Assembly: GCF_009914755.1 (NCBI RefSeq)
Contig: NC_060942.1
Strand: one strand, 5' to 3'
Origin: the human T2T-CHM13v2.0 reference genome, Homo sapiens
Length of the DNA stretch: 64,000 nucleotides
Part shown: one piece after another, positions 23,254 through 35,741 of the stretch
Position numbering within the stretch: the first letter of the stretch is position 1
Layout of the letters: each line of letters starts with the position of its first letter
Notes under the pieces: model-generated
Databases searched by the model: none
What the model was told of the DNA's origin: nothing
What the model saw: the letters and a program-made list of their open reading frames with translations, nothing else
Position numbers and translations under genes: made by a program

Positions 23254-25421
23254 CTAGGCCACCTCCTCCTCGGCATACTCCTCATCCTCCTCCTCCTCGG
23301 CCGTGGCATCCTGATATTGCTGATATTCAGACACCAGGTCGTTCATGTTGCTCTCGGCCTCGGTGAATTCCATCTCATCCATGCCCTCGCCCGTGTACCA
23401 GTGGAGGAAGGCCTTGCGCCTGAACATTGCTGTAAACTGCTCTGAGACACATGTGAAGAGTTCCTGGATGGCCGCATTATTCCCAATGAAGGTGGCTGAC
23501 ATTTTTAGCCCCCGGGGTGGGATGTCACAGACGGCTGTTTTTACGTTGTCGGGGAACCAGTCAGCAAAGTAGCTGCTGTTCTTATCTTGAATGTTGAACA
23601 TTTGTTCATCCACCTCCCTCATGGGCATGCGACCCCTGAAAATGGCAGCCACCGTTAGGTAGCAGCCGTGACGGGGGTCACAGGCAGCCATCATGTTCTT
23701 AGCATCAAACATCTGCTGGGTGAGCTCAGCCACAGTCAAGGCCCGGTACTGCTGGCTGCCCCGGCTGGTCAGTGGGGCAAAGCCGGGCATGAAGAAATGC
23801 AGCCGGGGAAACGGGACCATGTTCACGGCCAGCTTCCGCAGGTCAGCATTCAGCTGGCCTGGGAAGCGCAGGCATGTGGTGACCCCACTCATGGTAGCAG
23901 ACACCAGGTGGTTCAGGTCACCATAGGTGGGTGTGGGCAGTTTTAGGGTCCTGGAACATATGTCATATAGCGCTTCGTTATCTATGCAGAAGGTCTCATC
24001 CGCGTTTTCTATGAGCTGGTGGACTGAGAGGGTGGCGTTGTAGGGCTCCACCACGGTGTCCGACACCTTGGGCGAGGGCAGGATGCTGAATGTGTTTATG
24101 ATCCTGTCTGGGTACTCCTCCCGGATCTTACTAATGAGAAGGGTACCCATCCCAGACCCAGTCCCCCCACCCAGGGAGTGGGTCAGCTGGAAACCCTGCA
24201 GGCAGTCACAGCTCTCAGCCTCCTTTCTGACAACGTCCATCACTGACTCCGTCAGCTCCGCGCCTTCTGTGTAGCGTCCCTTGGCCCAGTTGTTTCCGGC
24301 CCCACACTGACCTGTAAGACAGCACAGCCGGTCACTCGACGGCCAGGTATACGGTCATCAGTGGTCACCACCATAATGCAGAAAGGGCCAAGTGTCACAT
24401 GTGAGGTGAAAGCACCATTCGCCCTGCAGGTGGAGCAAATGAAACTCCCTCCTCCAGAGTTACAGGACAGCAGCTTCCCCTGTTAGAAATTAAGACAGGA
24501 GTCAAACCTGAGACGGGTTCACAGACCTCGCTGCAGGTGGCTCCTGCCCATTCTCAGGAAAGGCAGTAGCCACGGCCCCAGCTCAGCTCCCGGCAGGGAC
24601 ATCAGTAGCTCCTCACCTTGAGGAGACACCGGGGCCTTCCTCCCGAAGCCCATTTAGGAGGCAGATGAAGCGACTCGACTCGGCGGATAGGAGGGTGTTC
24701 AGGGGCCCTGGCGCCACAGTTCCCACAGGATGACCTTGGGCACTCCTGGATTTTGAGCTGCCCTGGCTAAGGAGCCGCACCCCAGTCCTCGCCCGCAGCT
24801 CACCGGAAATGAAGTTGTCTGGCCTGAAGACCTGCCCGAAGGGCCCCGAGTGCACAGAGTCCATGGTGCCCGGCTCCAGATCCACGAGCACAGCGCGGGG
24901 CACGTACCTGCCACCTGCGTGGGGCGGGAGGGCATGAGCGAGGGGAGGGCCGCGTTCCCAGGAGGGCGGTGGGAGAAGGACGGGGGTCGCACCGCTGGCC
25001 TCGTGGTGGTGCACGTTGATGCGCTCCAGCTGCAGGTGGCTGTCCCCGTGGTAGGTGCCAGCGGAGTCGATGGCATGTTCATCAGAGATCACCTCCCAGA
25101 ACTGCAAGAGACGGGAGGGGCCAGACAGGCCGGGGCTGAGTCACGGAGGCGCCCCAGCCGCTCTCCCACCCCCACCCGCACCCCCATCCCTAGGCCGCCC
25201 TGTCCCTGGGGTCCACCCCAGCCGCCTCGCCAGCCACCCGGTTCCACCGTCCCCGGCAGGGAGCCCAGGGGCCGCAATGCAGGGGCACCGCTCCCGCCAC
25301 TGCCAACATCTTCCCCAGCCACCCGGCAGGCCCGGGCTGGGCCCTCAGAGCCCTGGCTGCCAACCTTGGCGCCGATCTGGTTCCCGCACTGCCCGGTCTG
25401 CGTGAGCACGATTTCCCTCAT
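23254..25421 (-). CDS. TUBB8B: Tubulin beta 8B (TUBB8-family beta-tubulin), intact 4-exon ORF, 444 aa
   Basis: Exons 25421-25365 (57 nt), 25101-24993 (109), 24914-24804 (111), 24311-23254 (1058) sum to 1335 nt = 444 aa + TAG. All introns are GT..AG. MREI start, GGGTGSG GTP motif, TUBB8-type tail [14 protein letters not shown]. Residues [26 protein letters not shown] and LFTCVS fit my recall of the 18p paralog TUBB8B rather than TUBB8. Confidence 0.9.
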
Positions 25422-25439
25422 GGCCAAGGCAGGATTAGG

Positions 25440-25560
25440 GCGGCAGCAGAAGCGCGAGAAGGAGGAGCAGACGCGCAGCGACCCAGCCCGCCCTCCGCTA
25501 ACGCTTAAATAGCCCCGCGTCCACCTCCCTCAGCCTCCGATTGGGCTCCCAGAATAAGCA
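25440..25560 (-). promoter_or_regulatory. Tubulin core promoter: TATA-like TATTTAA and CCAAT box in a CpG-rich region
   Basis: Minus-strand TATTTAA at 25511-25505 and CCAAT at 25544-25540. CpG-rich from ~24650 to 25540. Confidence 0.7.
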
Positions 25561-27137
25561 ACAGCTTTACTTCCACACAGGTGCACCCACCTGTGAATCC
25601 CTTGGCGTTGAACGTCTGTTGGAGAACTCAGGTGTCCTTGCTATGGTCCCTTCCACGTTGGGGAAAGCTGCTCAGCTGGAGAACTTCTTCCCACGTCTTT
25701 AGTAAGACTAGATCCCTAGCTGAGCTGAAACTGAATTTTCCTCCCATGTGGGAGGGGAAGACGCTTGTTTCCATATGCACGGAGTGCCTTTGCACCTGTC
25801 CTAGATTGATATTTTTGTAATGGAGATTCATTTCATCTATTAGGAGATCTGTGGTTAGGAAAGGCCTTCCATATGTTAACTCAACAGGACTTAATTATAC
25901 GTTTTACTTTGGAGCAGTTCAAACCCGCAGTAAGCTATGGGTGTTGGAGATAGTCAGGCGTCTGATTTAGCTGGAGTCTTCTGTAGAGTAGGATTAGCCC
26001 TTTCACCTTTCCAGAGGACTGCGGTCTCCACACAGAGTGAAGGTAATATTGGATTCTTAAAGCTGAGGATAGGTGTTGGGTTACGCCTGCTGTGAAAGAT
26101 GGGCCATTGTCACTTTGCAGGCTTTTAGATTACCGAAACTGAGGAGTTATTTCTTCTGGTAAACATTTTTCAGATGGGGTGGGGAATGCCTCGATCTAAC
26201 CAGTGAAGGTATCAGTAAGCATTAGCAAATATTTGAATCTCCTGCAGAAAGGTATCGGAGTACATTAGAGTTGCCAGTTCTCACCTGGATAGGTTCCTCA
26301 ATTTTGGACAGGTTTAACTGGAGAAGGAGAAAATTGCTGGCCGTTTGGGTCATGTCAGGCACAGAGCTCACAGGGCTGAGTCACCTGTTTTAGTGTCTTG
26401 AAAAGATTTACCCCTATAAACAAATGAGACATTAACAGAAACAAAGAATCCCTTCTAGGGTGAAAAGAATCATGAAAGTGCTGAGTTATACTCCTGTGAT
26501 TGGTACTTGGCATTAGTAATTTATTACCATCATTCAGCCTGAGGGGCCCTGGACTGAAATGCAATCCCTGGCCCATTTTTGTTCTTCTTCAGGGTATTCC
26601 GGCCCAGTTCTATGTATGCTGACCAGCACGCCCACAAGCTTCATTGGCCCTTTCAGTGCAGGGGCCTTGGCTGTGGCATCTACAAGGGCATTTCCTTTTA
26701 CATGGTCAGTCTCTCTTTTGATGTCCTCTGCAATTAATTATAGTCACTTTTTGGCAGCAAAGCAGCATTCTAACAAGCTCAAAATCTGAATGATGTATGG
26801 AAAAGCCCTTTGGGGTCAGGAGTCCCCACCCATTCCAAATTGCAGCATAAGCATGAAGCACTAAAAAATCATACTTGGAATCAGTGTAAATGTTAACTTT
26901 TAAATCCTTTCCAACTGCAGGGGCCTAGTAAGTTCAATTAACTCAGCTTTTTGAGCTGAGGTCGAGGCCAGCAAGGCTTGTGCCTTGATTATCTTGTGCT
27001 AATAATAGCATATCTAGCCCTCCTGTTTTCCTGATGCATAAAACAACTTGCATCTGTTAACCACTCTGCCTTGGGATGGTCAAGGGGCTCATCTCTCTTA
27101 AGTCTGGCCTGCTAGAATCAATTTGTTTCATAACCTG

Positions 27138-27788
<651 letters not shown>

Positions 27789-28544
27789 ACCTGTATGCCA
27801 GAAAGGCTGGGAGCACCTGTGGACTCTGACAGGCAAGTAGATGGGTTTATGGTTTGCCAGGCTTTAAGGGTTATGTCTGGAGGGTCGGTCTAGCAATAAG
27901 GCCTCACACTTTCATAAATATTCTCCTATTATCCACTGCTGCCCTTTAGCTTCTAGGACCACCTTCCCTTGGTGTGGGGTCAAAAACCTGTAGGTGCTGT
28001 TCTAATGTTAGTTTATTAGCTTTGCCAACTAGAAAAGTGGTAGCAGCAATAGCTCTAAGACATCAAGGCTAAAAGTCAGAGGATTGCTGAGGAAAGTAAA
28101 AGCTAAACTGTTTGGGGCCTCTTTCCTGGGGCAGCCTCCAGGCTACTGCAAAACGGAGGCGGTGGGCAGAAAGGCAACAATATGCAGAGCACTCAGGTGA
28201 GGGACAAAGAGCACAAGGTGGACAGTCCAAAAAGAGAAAGTGGCAAACATCTTGTTTAGCCAAATCCATTCTTCTCAATATTCCCCAGGGCCTCTAACCC
28301 TGTGGGCTTGGCCTCTAATCTGAGTATGACACCCCCAGGTCTCTAACTTTGGGCTGAGTCTCTCACCCTAATATTATACCCTAGGGCCTCTCACTTAAGT
28401 AATAGTGGGTAATCATTCTTGCCAACCTGAATGGCTTCGCAACTCTAAAAGACAGCCCACTTGCCAGCTGATTGATTCTATGTGGATTGTTTTCCTTGGA
28501 GTGGGGGTCTTGTCTTGGTGTCCCTTCATGGCATTGCTGAAAGA

Positions 28545-29105
28545 TGTTGCTGGAAAAGAGGGTCCTGATACAGACCACAAAGTAGGATTCTTAGATCTTG
28601 TGCAGGAAAAAATTTGAGGTGAGTCAGAGAGCAAAGTGAACGAAGCAAGTTTATTAGAAATGACTCCATTACAGAGTTGGACATCCTCAGAAAACAAGAG
28701 CAGGAATGCATTGTCTTTTGTTAGTGTCTCTACTCTAACTATAAAGAGAAAGAGTTATAATTAAACTTGGAAGGTGCAGATGTACTCATTGAAGTCGGGG
28801 CTATTCGTTTTAACAATGACAATTAACCCGTTGACCTAAGCTAGCTCATTAATATTATCTTTAAGAAAAAATGCTGCACTCCTAGGACATTTATACATTT
28901 TTCAGGCTTGGTGGAAGATGTCTTGTATGGCCATAAATATTCTGCAGTTGTAATTTGTGGCCAGTAAAAAAATGTGGCTATTTTCAGACTATAGGTATTA
29001 ACCTTCTAGATGCCTTGTGAGTACCTAGCTACTCATATTAAGATAGAGAATTCTAGTCATGTTTATTAAACTAGAAGCTTGATAACCATGAGTTCCTCTA
29101 ACACA
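28545..29105. mobile_element. ERV1-class LTR (MER4-group-like)
   Basis: TGTTGCTGGAAAAGAGGGTCCTGATACAGACCACAAAGTAGGATTCTTAGATCTTGTGCAGG resembles a common ERV1 LTR terminus. Subfamily and right end uncertain. Confidence 0.55.
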
Positions 29106-29347
29106 GCAAGTCTACTCCTCAAGGAGAAAATGTATTTCTCAGGAATTTTGTGCATTTTATTTGATGGCATTTGGTATGTTTACCATAATGGCAGAAAAGA
29201 GTGAAATTAGTCCTCAAAGATTTCTCAAGATTGGATATAAAGTAACAAATGATTATAGTTAATATGCAAGTTGACACAGTTGATATGCAAAAGAAATTTT
29301 GTCTGGAACACAATGAGATTTTTATTTATTAATTATTATCATTATCG

Positions 29348-29632
29348 TTTTGAGACAGAGTCTTGCTCTATTGCCCAGGCTGGAGTGTGGGGCACCATCT
29401 TGGTTCACTGAAACCTCTGCCTCCCGGGTTCAAGTGATTCTCCTGCCTCAGCCTCCCAAGTAGCTGGGATTACAGGCATGAATCACCACACCCAGCTAAT
29501 TTTTGTATCTTTAGTAGAAATGGGGTTTCATTCTGTTGGCCAGGCTGGTCTCAAACCCCTGACAACAAGTGATCTGCCCACCTTGGCCTCCCAAATTGTT
29601 GGGATTACAAGCATGAGCTACTGCTCCCAGCC
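29348..29632 (-). mobile_element. Alu (AluS-like)
   Basis: TTTTGAGACAGAGTCTTGCTC ... GCATGAGCTACTGCTCCCAGCC. Confidence 0.92.
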
Positions 29633-30917
29633 ACAATGAGGCTTTTAAATAATTCTGATTTCCTGCTGCTGAGCAGGGAGCCGAGCAAATTCAACAGTTC
29701 ATGGGCCTAAAGTAGGAGAAGACTGAGGACAAACTCTAGAACACATGTGATTAAATTAATTACAATGGAAACCAAATCAAATTTAATAAGGCCATACCTC
29801 TTAGTTTCAAGATGTTTCCCCTCATTTTGAAATGTGGTGTTATTCAGTGGAAAAGAAAAATAGTGTTTATCTCCAGAGTAAAGAACAGGGTTCCCTGCAG
29901 GGACTGACTGACTGAGAGCTATGGCTCAGGATTAAAAATTCTCTTTTTTCCACTTACAAACTAAAAATTAATTTCTAAGCCCCTATTGACTAAATGGACC
30001 CCTCTTCTTGGATAAGGACATTCCAAAGTTAACCTGAAAAGCTACTTCAAGCCATGGGTCACACCTGCCTCATTAGACTCTCCTCCCTTTGGTTTTAATT
30101 GTAATTTTTAATTAATTTTTATGGGTACATAGTTAGTGTATATATTTATGGGGGTACATGACATACTTTGATACAGGCATGTAACGAGTAATACATAATA
30201 AAAAACAGGGTATCCGTCCCCTCAAGCATTTATAGCTTGTGTTATAAACAATCCAATTATACTATTTTAGTTTTTATAAAATGTATAATTAAATTTTTTT
30301 TACCATAATCACCCTGTTGTGCTATCAAATACTGTCTTATTCATTCTTTCTAACAATTTTTTGTACCCATTTCACATCCCCACTAACCCCGTTCCCCCAC
30401 TGCCCTTCCCAGCCTCTGGTAACCACCCTTATACTCTCTATGACATCAATTATTTCAAATTTTAGCACCCACAAATAAGTGAGGACATGTGACATTTTTC
30501 TTTCTGTGCCTGACTTATTTCACTTAACATAAAGACTTTCAGTTCCATTTCTGTTACTGCAAATGACAGACTCTCATTCTTTCTTATAGCTGAATAGTAC
30601 TTCATTGTGTATATGTACCACATTTTCTCTATCCAGTCATCTGTTGATGGACATTTAGGTTTCTTCCAAATCTTGGCTATTAGCAACATTTGTTTTTGAC
30701 TGACTTCTGGATAAAAGCCACCTTAACTGAGGTGAAATGATATCTCATTTTGGGTTTGATTTGCATTTCTATGATGATCAGTAATGTGGAGCACCTTTTC
30801 ACTTGCCTATTTGCCATTTGTATGTCTTCTTTTCATAAATGTCCATTTAAATTTTTGTCCACTCTTTAATTGATTATATTTTTTTCTATAGAATGTTTTG
30901 AACTCAATATATTGTAG

Positions 30918-31588
30918 TGTATTAGTCTGTTTCTGCACTGCTATAAAAAAACTGAGACTGGGTTATTTATCTATTTATGTATTGAGATGAAGTCTTGCTC
31001 TGTCGCCCAGGCTGGAGTGCACTGGTATGATCTCGGTTCACTGCAACCTCCACCTCCTGGGTTCAAGCAATTCTCTGCCTCAGCCTCTTGAGTAGCCGGG
31101 ATTACAGGCACCTGACACCATGCCCAGCTAAGTTTTGTATTTTTAGTGGAGACGGGGTTTCACCATCTTGGCCAGGCTGGTCTTGAACTCCTGACCTCGT
31201 GATCCACCCGCCACAGCCTCCCAGAGTGCTGGGATTACAGGCATGTGCCACTGTGCCTGGCGAGACTGGGTAATTTATAAAGGAAATAGGTTTAACTGAG
31301 TCACAGTTCCACATGGCTGGGGAGGCCTCAGGAAACTTACAATCATGGCAGAGGGGAAGCAGGCACCTCTTCCATGATGGCAGGCGAGACAGCATGTATG
31401 TGAAGCAAAGGGGGAAGAGCCCCTTATAAAACCATCAGATCTCATGAGAACTCACTCATTATCAGAAGAACAGCCTGGGGGAAACCAGCCCCATGATCCA
31501 ATCACCTTCTACCAAGTCTCTCCCTCAATACCTGGGGATTACAATTCAATATGAGATTTGGGTGGGGACACAAAGCCTAACCATATCA
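30918..31588 (-). mobile_element. MST/MaLR solo LTR with nested Alu (~30968-31261, minus)
   Basis: TGTATTAGTC ... CCATATCA termini. 5-bp TSD TGTAG at 30913-30917 and 31589-31593. The Alu is flanked by duplicated GAGACTGGGT. Confidence 0.9.
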
Positions 31589-32582
31589 TGTAGCTATTAA
31601 TTGCTTTTCAGATGGGTAATTTACAAATATTTTCTTCCATTCTGTGGGTTTTCTCTTCACTTTATTGTTTCCTTCACTTTAAAAAAGCTTTCTGACTTGC
31701 TGTAATTCCATTTGTCCATGTTTGCTTTGGTTGTCTGTGCTTATGGGGCATTATTTAAGAAATTTTTGCCCAAACCAATGCCCTAAAGAGTTTCCCCAGT
31801 GTTTTCTTGTAAAATTTTGATAGTTTGAGGTGTTAGGTTTAAGTCCTTAATTCATTTTAATTTGATTTTTGTATTTTGCAAGAAATAGTGTTGTAGTTTC
31901 ATTCTTCTGCCTATGGCTTGCCAGTTTTCCCAGCCCTATTTATTACAGAAACTGTCTTGTTTTTTGTTGTATGTTATTGACACTTTTGTTGAAAATTAGT
32001 TTAGTTGTATGAGTTTGTTTCTAAGTTCTCTATTTCATTCCATTTGTCTTTATGTCTTTTTATTCTAGTGTCATGCTGTTTTAATTACTATAGCTTGATA
32101 GTACAATTTAAAACCATGTAATGGGATTCCTCCAGTTTTGGTTTATATACTCAGAATAGCTTTGACTATTATGGTGTTTTGTGGTTCCATATTTCAGATT
32201 TTTTTTCTATTTCTGTGAGGAATGTCATTGTTATTTTGATAGAGATGGCATGAAATGTATAGATTGCTTTGGATTGTATGGACATTTTTTAAAATACTGA
32301 TTCTTCCAATATGTGAACATAGAAATAACTTTCCATTTTTTTGTCTTCTCTTTCATTTCTTTTATCGGTGTTTTACATTTTTAATTGTTGAGAACTTTTA
32401 TTTCTTTGGTAAATTCCCACACATTTTGTTTTATTTGTGGCTATTGCAAATAGGGTTACTTTTTTGAATTCTTTTGCAGTTTGTTGACTGTTGGCATATA
32501 GAAATCCTACTGATTTGTATATGTTAATTTTGTATTCTGCAAATTTACTCAAGTTATTACTTCTAATAGTTTTTTGATGGAA

Positions 32583-35036
32583 ATATTACACCATTCTCAC
32601 ATTGCTGTAAAAACAATTGGTGACTGGTTAATTTATAAAGGAAATAGGTTTAATTGGCTCATGGTTCTACAGGCTGTACAGAAAGCATAGCACTGGCTTC
32701 TGCTTCTGGTCAAGCCTCTGACAACTGACAATCAAGGTGAAAAATAAATCTGGTGCTTGCACATCACATGGTAAGTGTGAGGGCAGGGGGGAAGTGCTAC
32801 ACACTTGTAGATAACCAGCTCTCATGAAAACTTACTATTGTGAGAATGGCACCAAAGGAAATGATGCCAAACTGTTCATGGAAATCCTGCCCTCATGATT
32901 CAATCATCTCCCGACTAGGCCCACTTCCAACATTGAGGATTACATTTTAATATAAGATTTTGGTGGGAACACACACCTAAACTATATCATTTTGCCCCTG
33001 GCCATTCCAAATCTCACATCCTTCTCACATTTCAAAATACAATCATGACATCCCAATAATCCCCAAAGTCTTCACTCATTTCAGCCTTAACTCAAAAGTC
33101 AAAAGTCTCATCTAAGACAAAGCTAGTTTATTCTTCCTATAAGCTTGTAAAATAAAAAACAAATTAAGTGCTTCCAAGATACAAATGGGGCATAGGCATT
33201 GGGTAAATACTCCTATTCTAAAAGGAATAAATCAGCTAAAAAAAAGAGGCCACAGGACCCATACAAGTCTGAAGCCCAGAAGGGGAGTTATTGAATTTTA
33301 AGGCTCCAAAATAATTATTTTTGACTCTACGTCCCATTTCCAGGGCACACTAATGCCTTGGGACGTTTAGACCTTGTGGCTTTGCATGGTTCAGCCCCCA
33401 CAGCTGCTCTCATGGGCTGGTATTGCGTGCCACTGGCTGGTTTTGTGTGCTTCTGGCTTTTGCAGGTGCAAAGTGCAAGCTGTAGCTAGATCTACCATTC
33501 TGGGATCTGTAGGACAGTGATCCTCTCCTCACAGATCTACTAGGCCATGCCCCAGTGGGGAACCCACATGGGGATTGTAACCCTACATTTCTTCACTGCA
33601 TTGTTTTAGTAGAGGTTCTCCATGAGGGCTCCACCCCTGCAGCATGCTTCTGCCTGCACACCCTAGCTTTTTTATACATTATTTGAAGTAAAGGTGGAGG
33701 CTCCCAAGTCTCAACTCTTGCATTTTGTACACTCACAGGCCTAACACCATATGAAAGCTACCAAGGCTTATGGCTTGCACCCTCTGAAGCAGTGACTGGA
33801 GTTGTAACTGGGCCAATTTGTGCTACACCTGGAGCTGGAGCAGTGGCCAGGATGCAGGGAGCCATGTTCTAAGGCTACCCAAGGCAGCAGTTCCTGGGCC
33901 TGATCCCAGAAACTATTCTCTTCTTTTAGGCCTCAGGGTCTGTGATGGGGGGCTGCCTTTTAGATTTCTAAAATGCCTTCAATTCCTCTTCCCCATTGTC
34001 TTGGCTATCAACACTTGCTTTTTTTTTTTTTTAAGTTATACAAATATCTCTAACAAGTGATTGCTCCACAGGCTGCTCGAGTTCCTCTCTTGTAAAAGCT
34101 TTTTATTTTTCTGCCACATGACTAGGCTGCAAAGTTTTTAAGCTTTTACGCTATGCTTCCCTTGCAAGTAAAAATAGATTACAACTTACTTTTTTTTGCT
34201 CCAACATGTGAGCATAGGTTGTTAGAAGCAGCCAGGCCACATCTTCAATGCTTTAGTGCTTAGATATTTTTTCAACAGAAACCCTAAATCATCACTTTCA
34301 AATTCAAACTTTTATATAACCCTAGGGCATAACAGAAATTCAGCCAACCACTTTGCTAAGACAACATGAATGACCTTTGCTTCGATCCTAATAAGTTTCT
34401 AATTTTCATCTGAGACCTCCTCAGCTCAGCCTTCACCGTCCAGATCACTATCAGCATTTTCGTCAAAGCCATTCAAAGTTAAGAAAATCTCAACTTTCCC
34501 TCATTTTTCTGTCTTCTTCTGAATCCTACAAACTCTTCCAACCTCTGCCTGTTTACCCAATTACAAAGCTGATTCCACATTTTCAGGTATTCATATAACA
34601 ATTTTCCACTCCTTTGTGCCAATTTTCTGTATTAAGCTTTTTTCCCATCACTATAAATACCTGAGACTGGGTAATTTATTTTTTAAAAAGGAGGTTTAAG
34701 TGGCTCATGATTCTACAGGCTGTAGAGAAGACACAGCACTGGTATGCACTTCTGGGAAGGCCTCTGGAAGTTTACAGTCATGGCAAAAGTTGAAGCAGAA
34801 TCTTGCACATCATAGGGCAAAAAGCAGGAGCAAAAAAACAGAGGGGCAAGTTGTTACACACTTTTAAATAACCAGGTCTTATGGGAACTCACTCACTATC
34901 ATGAAGATAGTACCAAGTGGGATGGTGCTAAGCCATTTATGAGTAATCCACCCCAATGGTTAAATCACCTTTCACCTGGCCCACCTCCAACATTGGGAAT
35001 TACATTTGGGAGGGGACACACATTAAAACCCTATCA
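32583..35036 (-). mobile_element. Complete MST/MaLR element: LTR (32583-32989), internal region, LTR (34628-35036)
   Basis: Two similar ~400 bp LTRs (GACTGG(G)TAATTTA; GGCTCATG.TTCTACAGGCTGTA; ..TATCA) around ~1.6 kb of MaLR-internal sequence. Confidence 0.85.
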
Positions 35037-35410
35037 GAGGAGTCTTTACGTTTTTCCAAATATAAGATTATATCACTGGCAAAAACAATAATTTGACTTC
35101 TTTTCCAATTGGGATGCCTTTTATTGCTTTCTCTTGTCTGATTGCTCCAGATAGGAATTTCAGAATTATGTTGAATTACAGCGGTAAAAGTGGATATTCT
35201 TGTCATCTTCCAGATTTTAGAGGAAAGGCTTTTAGTTTTTCCCCACTTAGTATGATACTAGCTGGGGGTCTGTCATATATGACTTTTATTATGTTGAGAT
35301 ATGTTCATTCCATACCAGTTTTCAAAGGGTTTATTATTAAAGAATATTTAATTTTATCAAATAATTTTTTAGCATAATGGAAATGATTATATGGATTTTG
35401 TCCTTCATTC

Positions 35411-35741
<331 letters not shown>

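Noticed and set aside
23254-24243. Tubulin as a processed retrocopy or a 329-aa truncated protein
   Set aside because: This ORF is only part of exon 4; three GT-AG introns and upstream exons complete a 444-aa gene.
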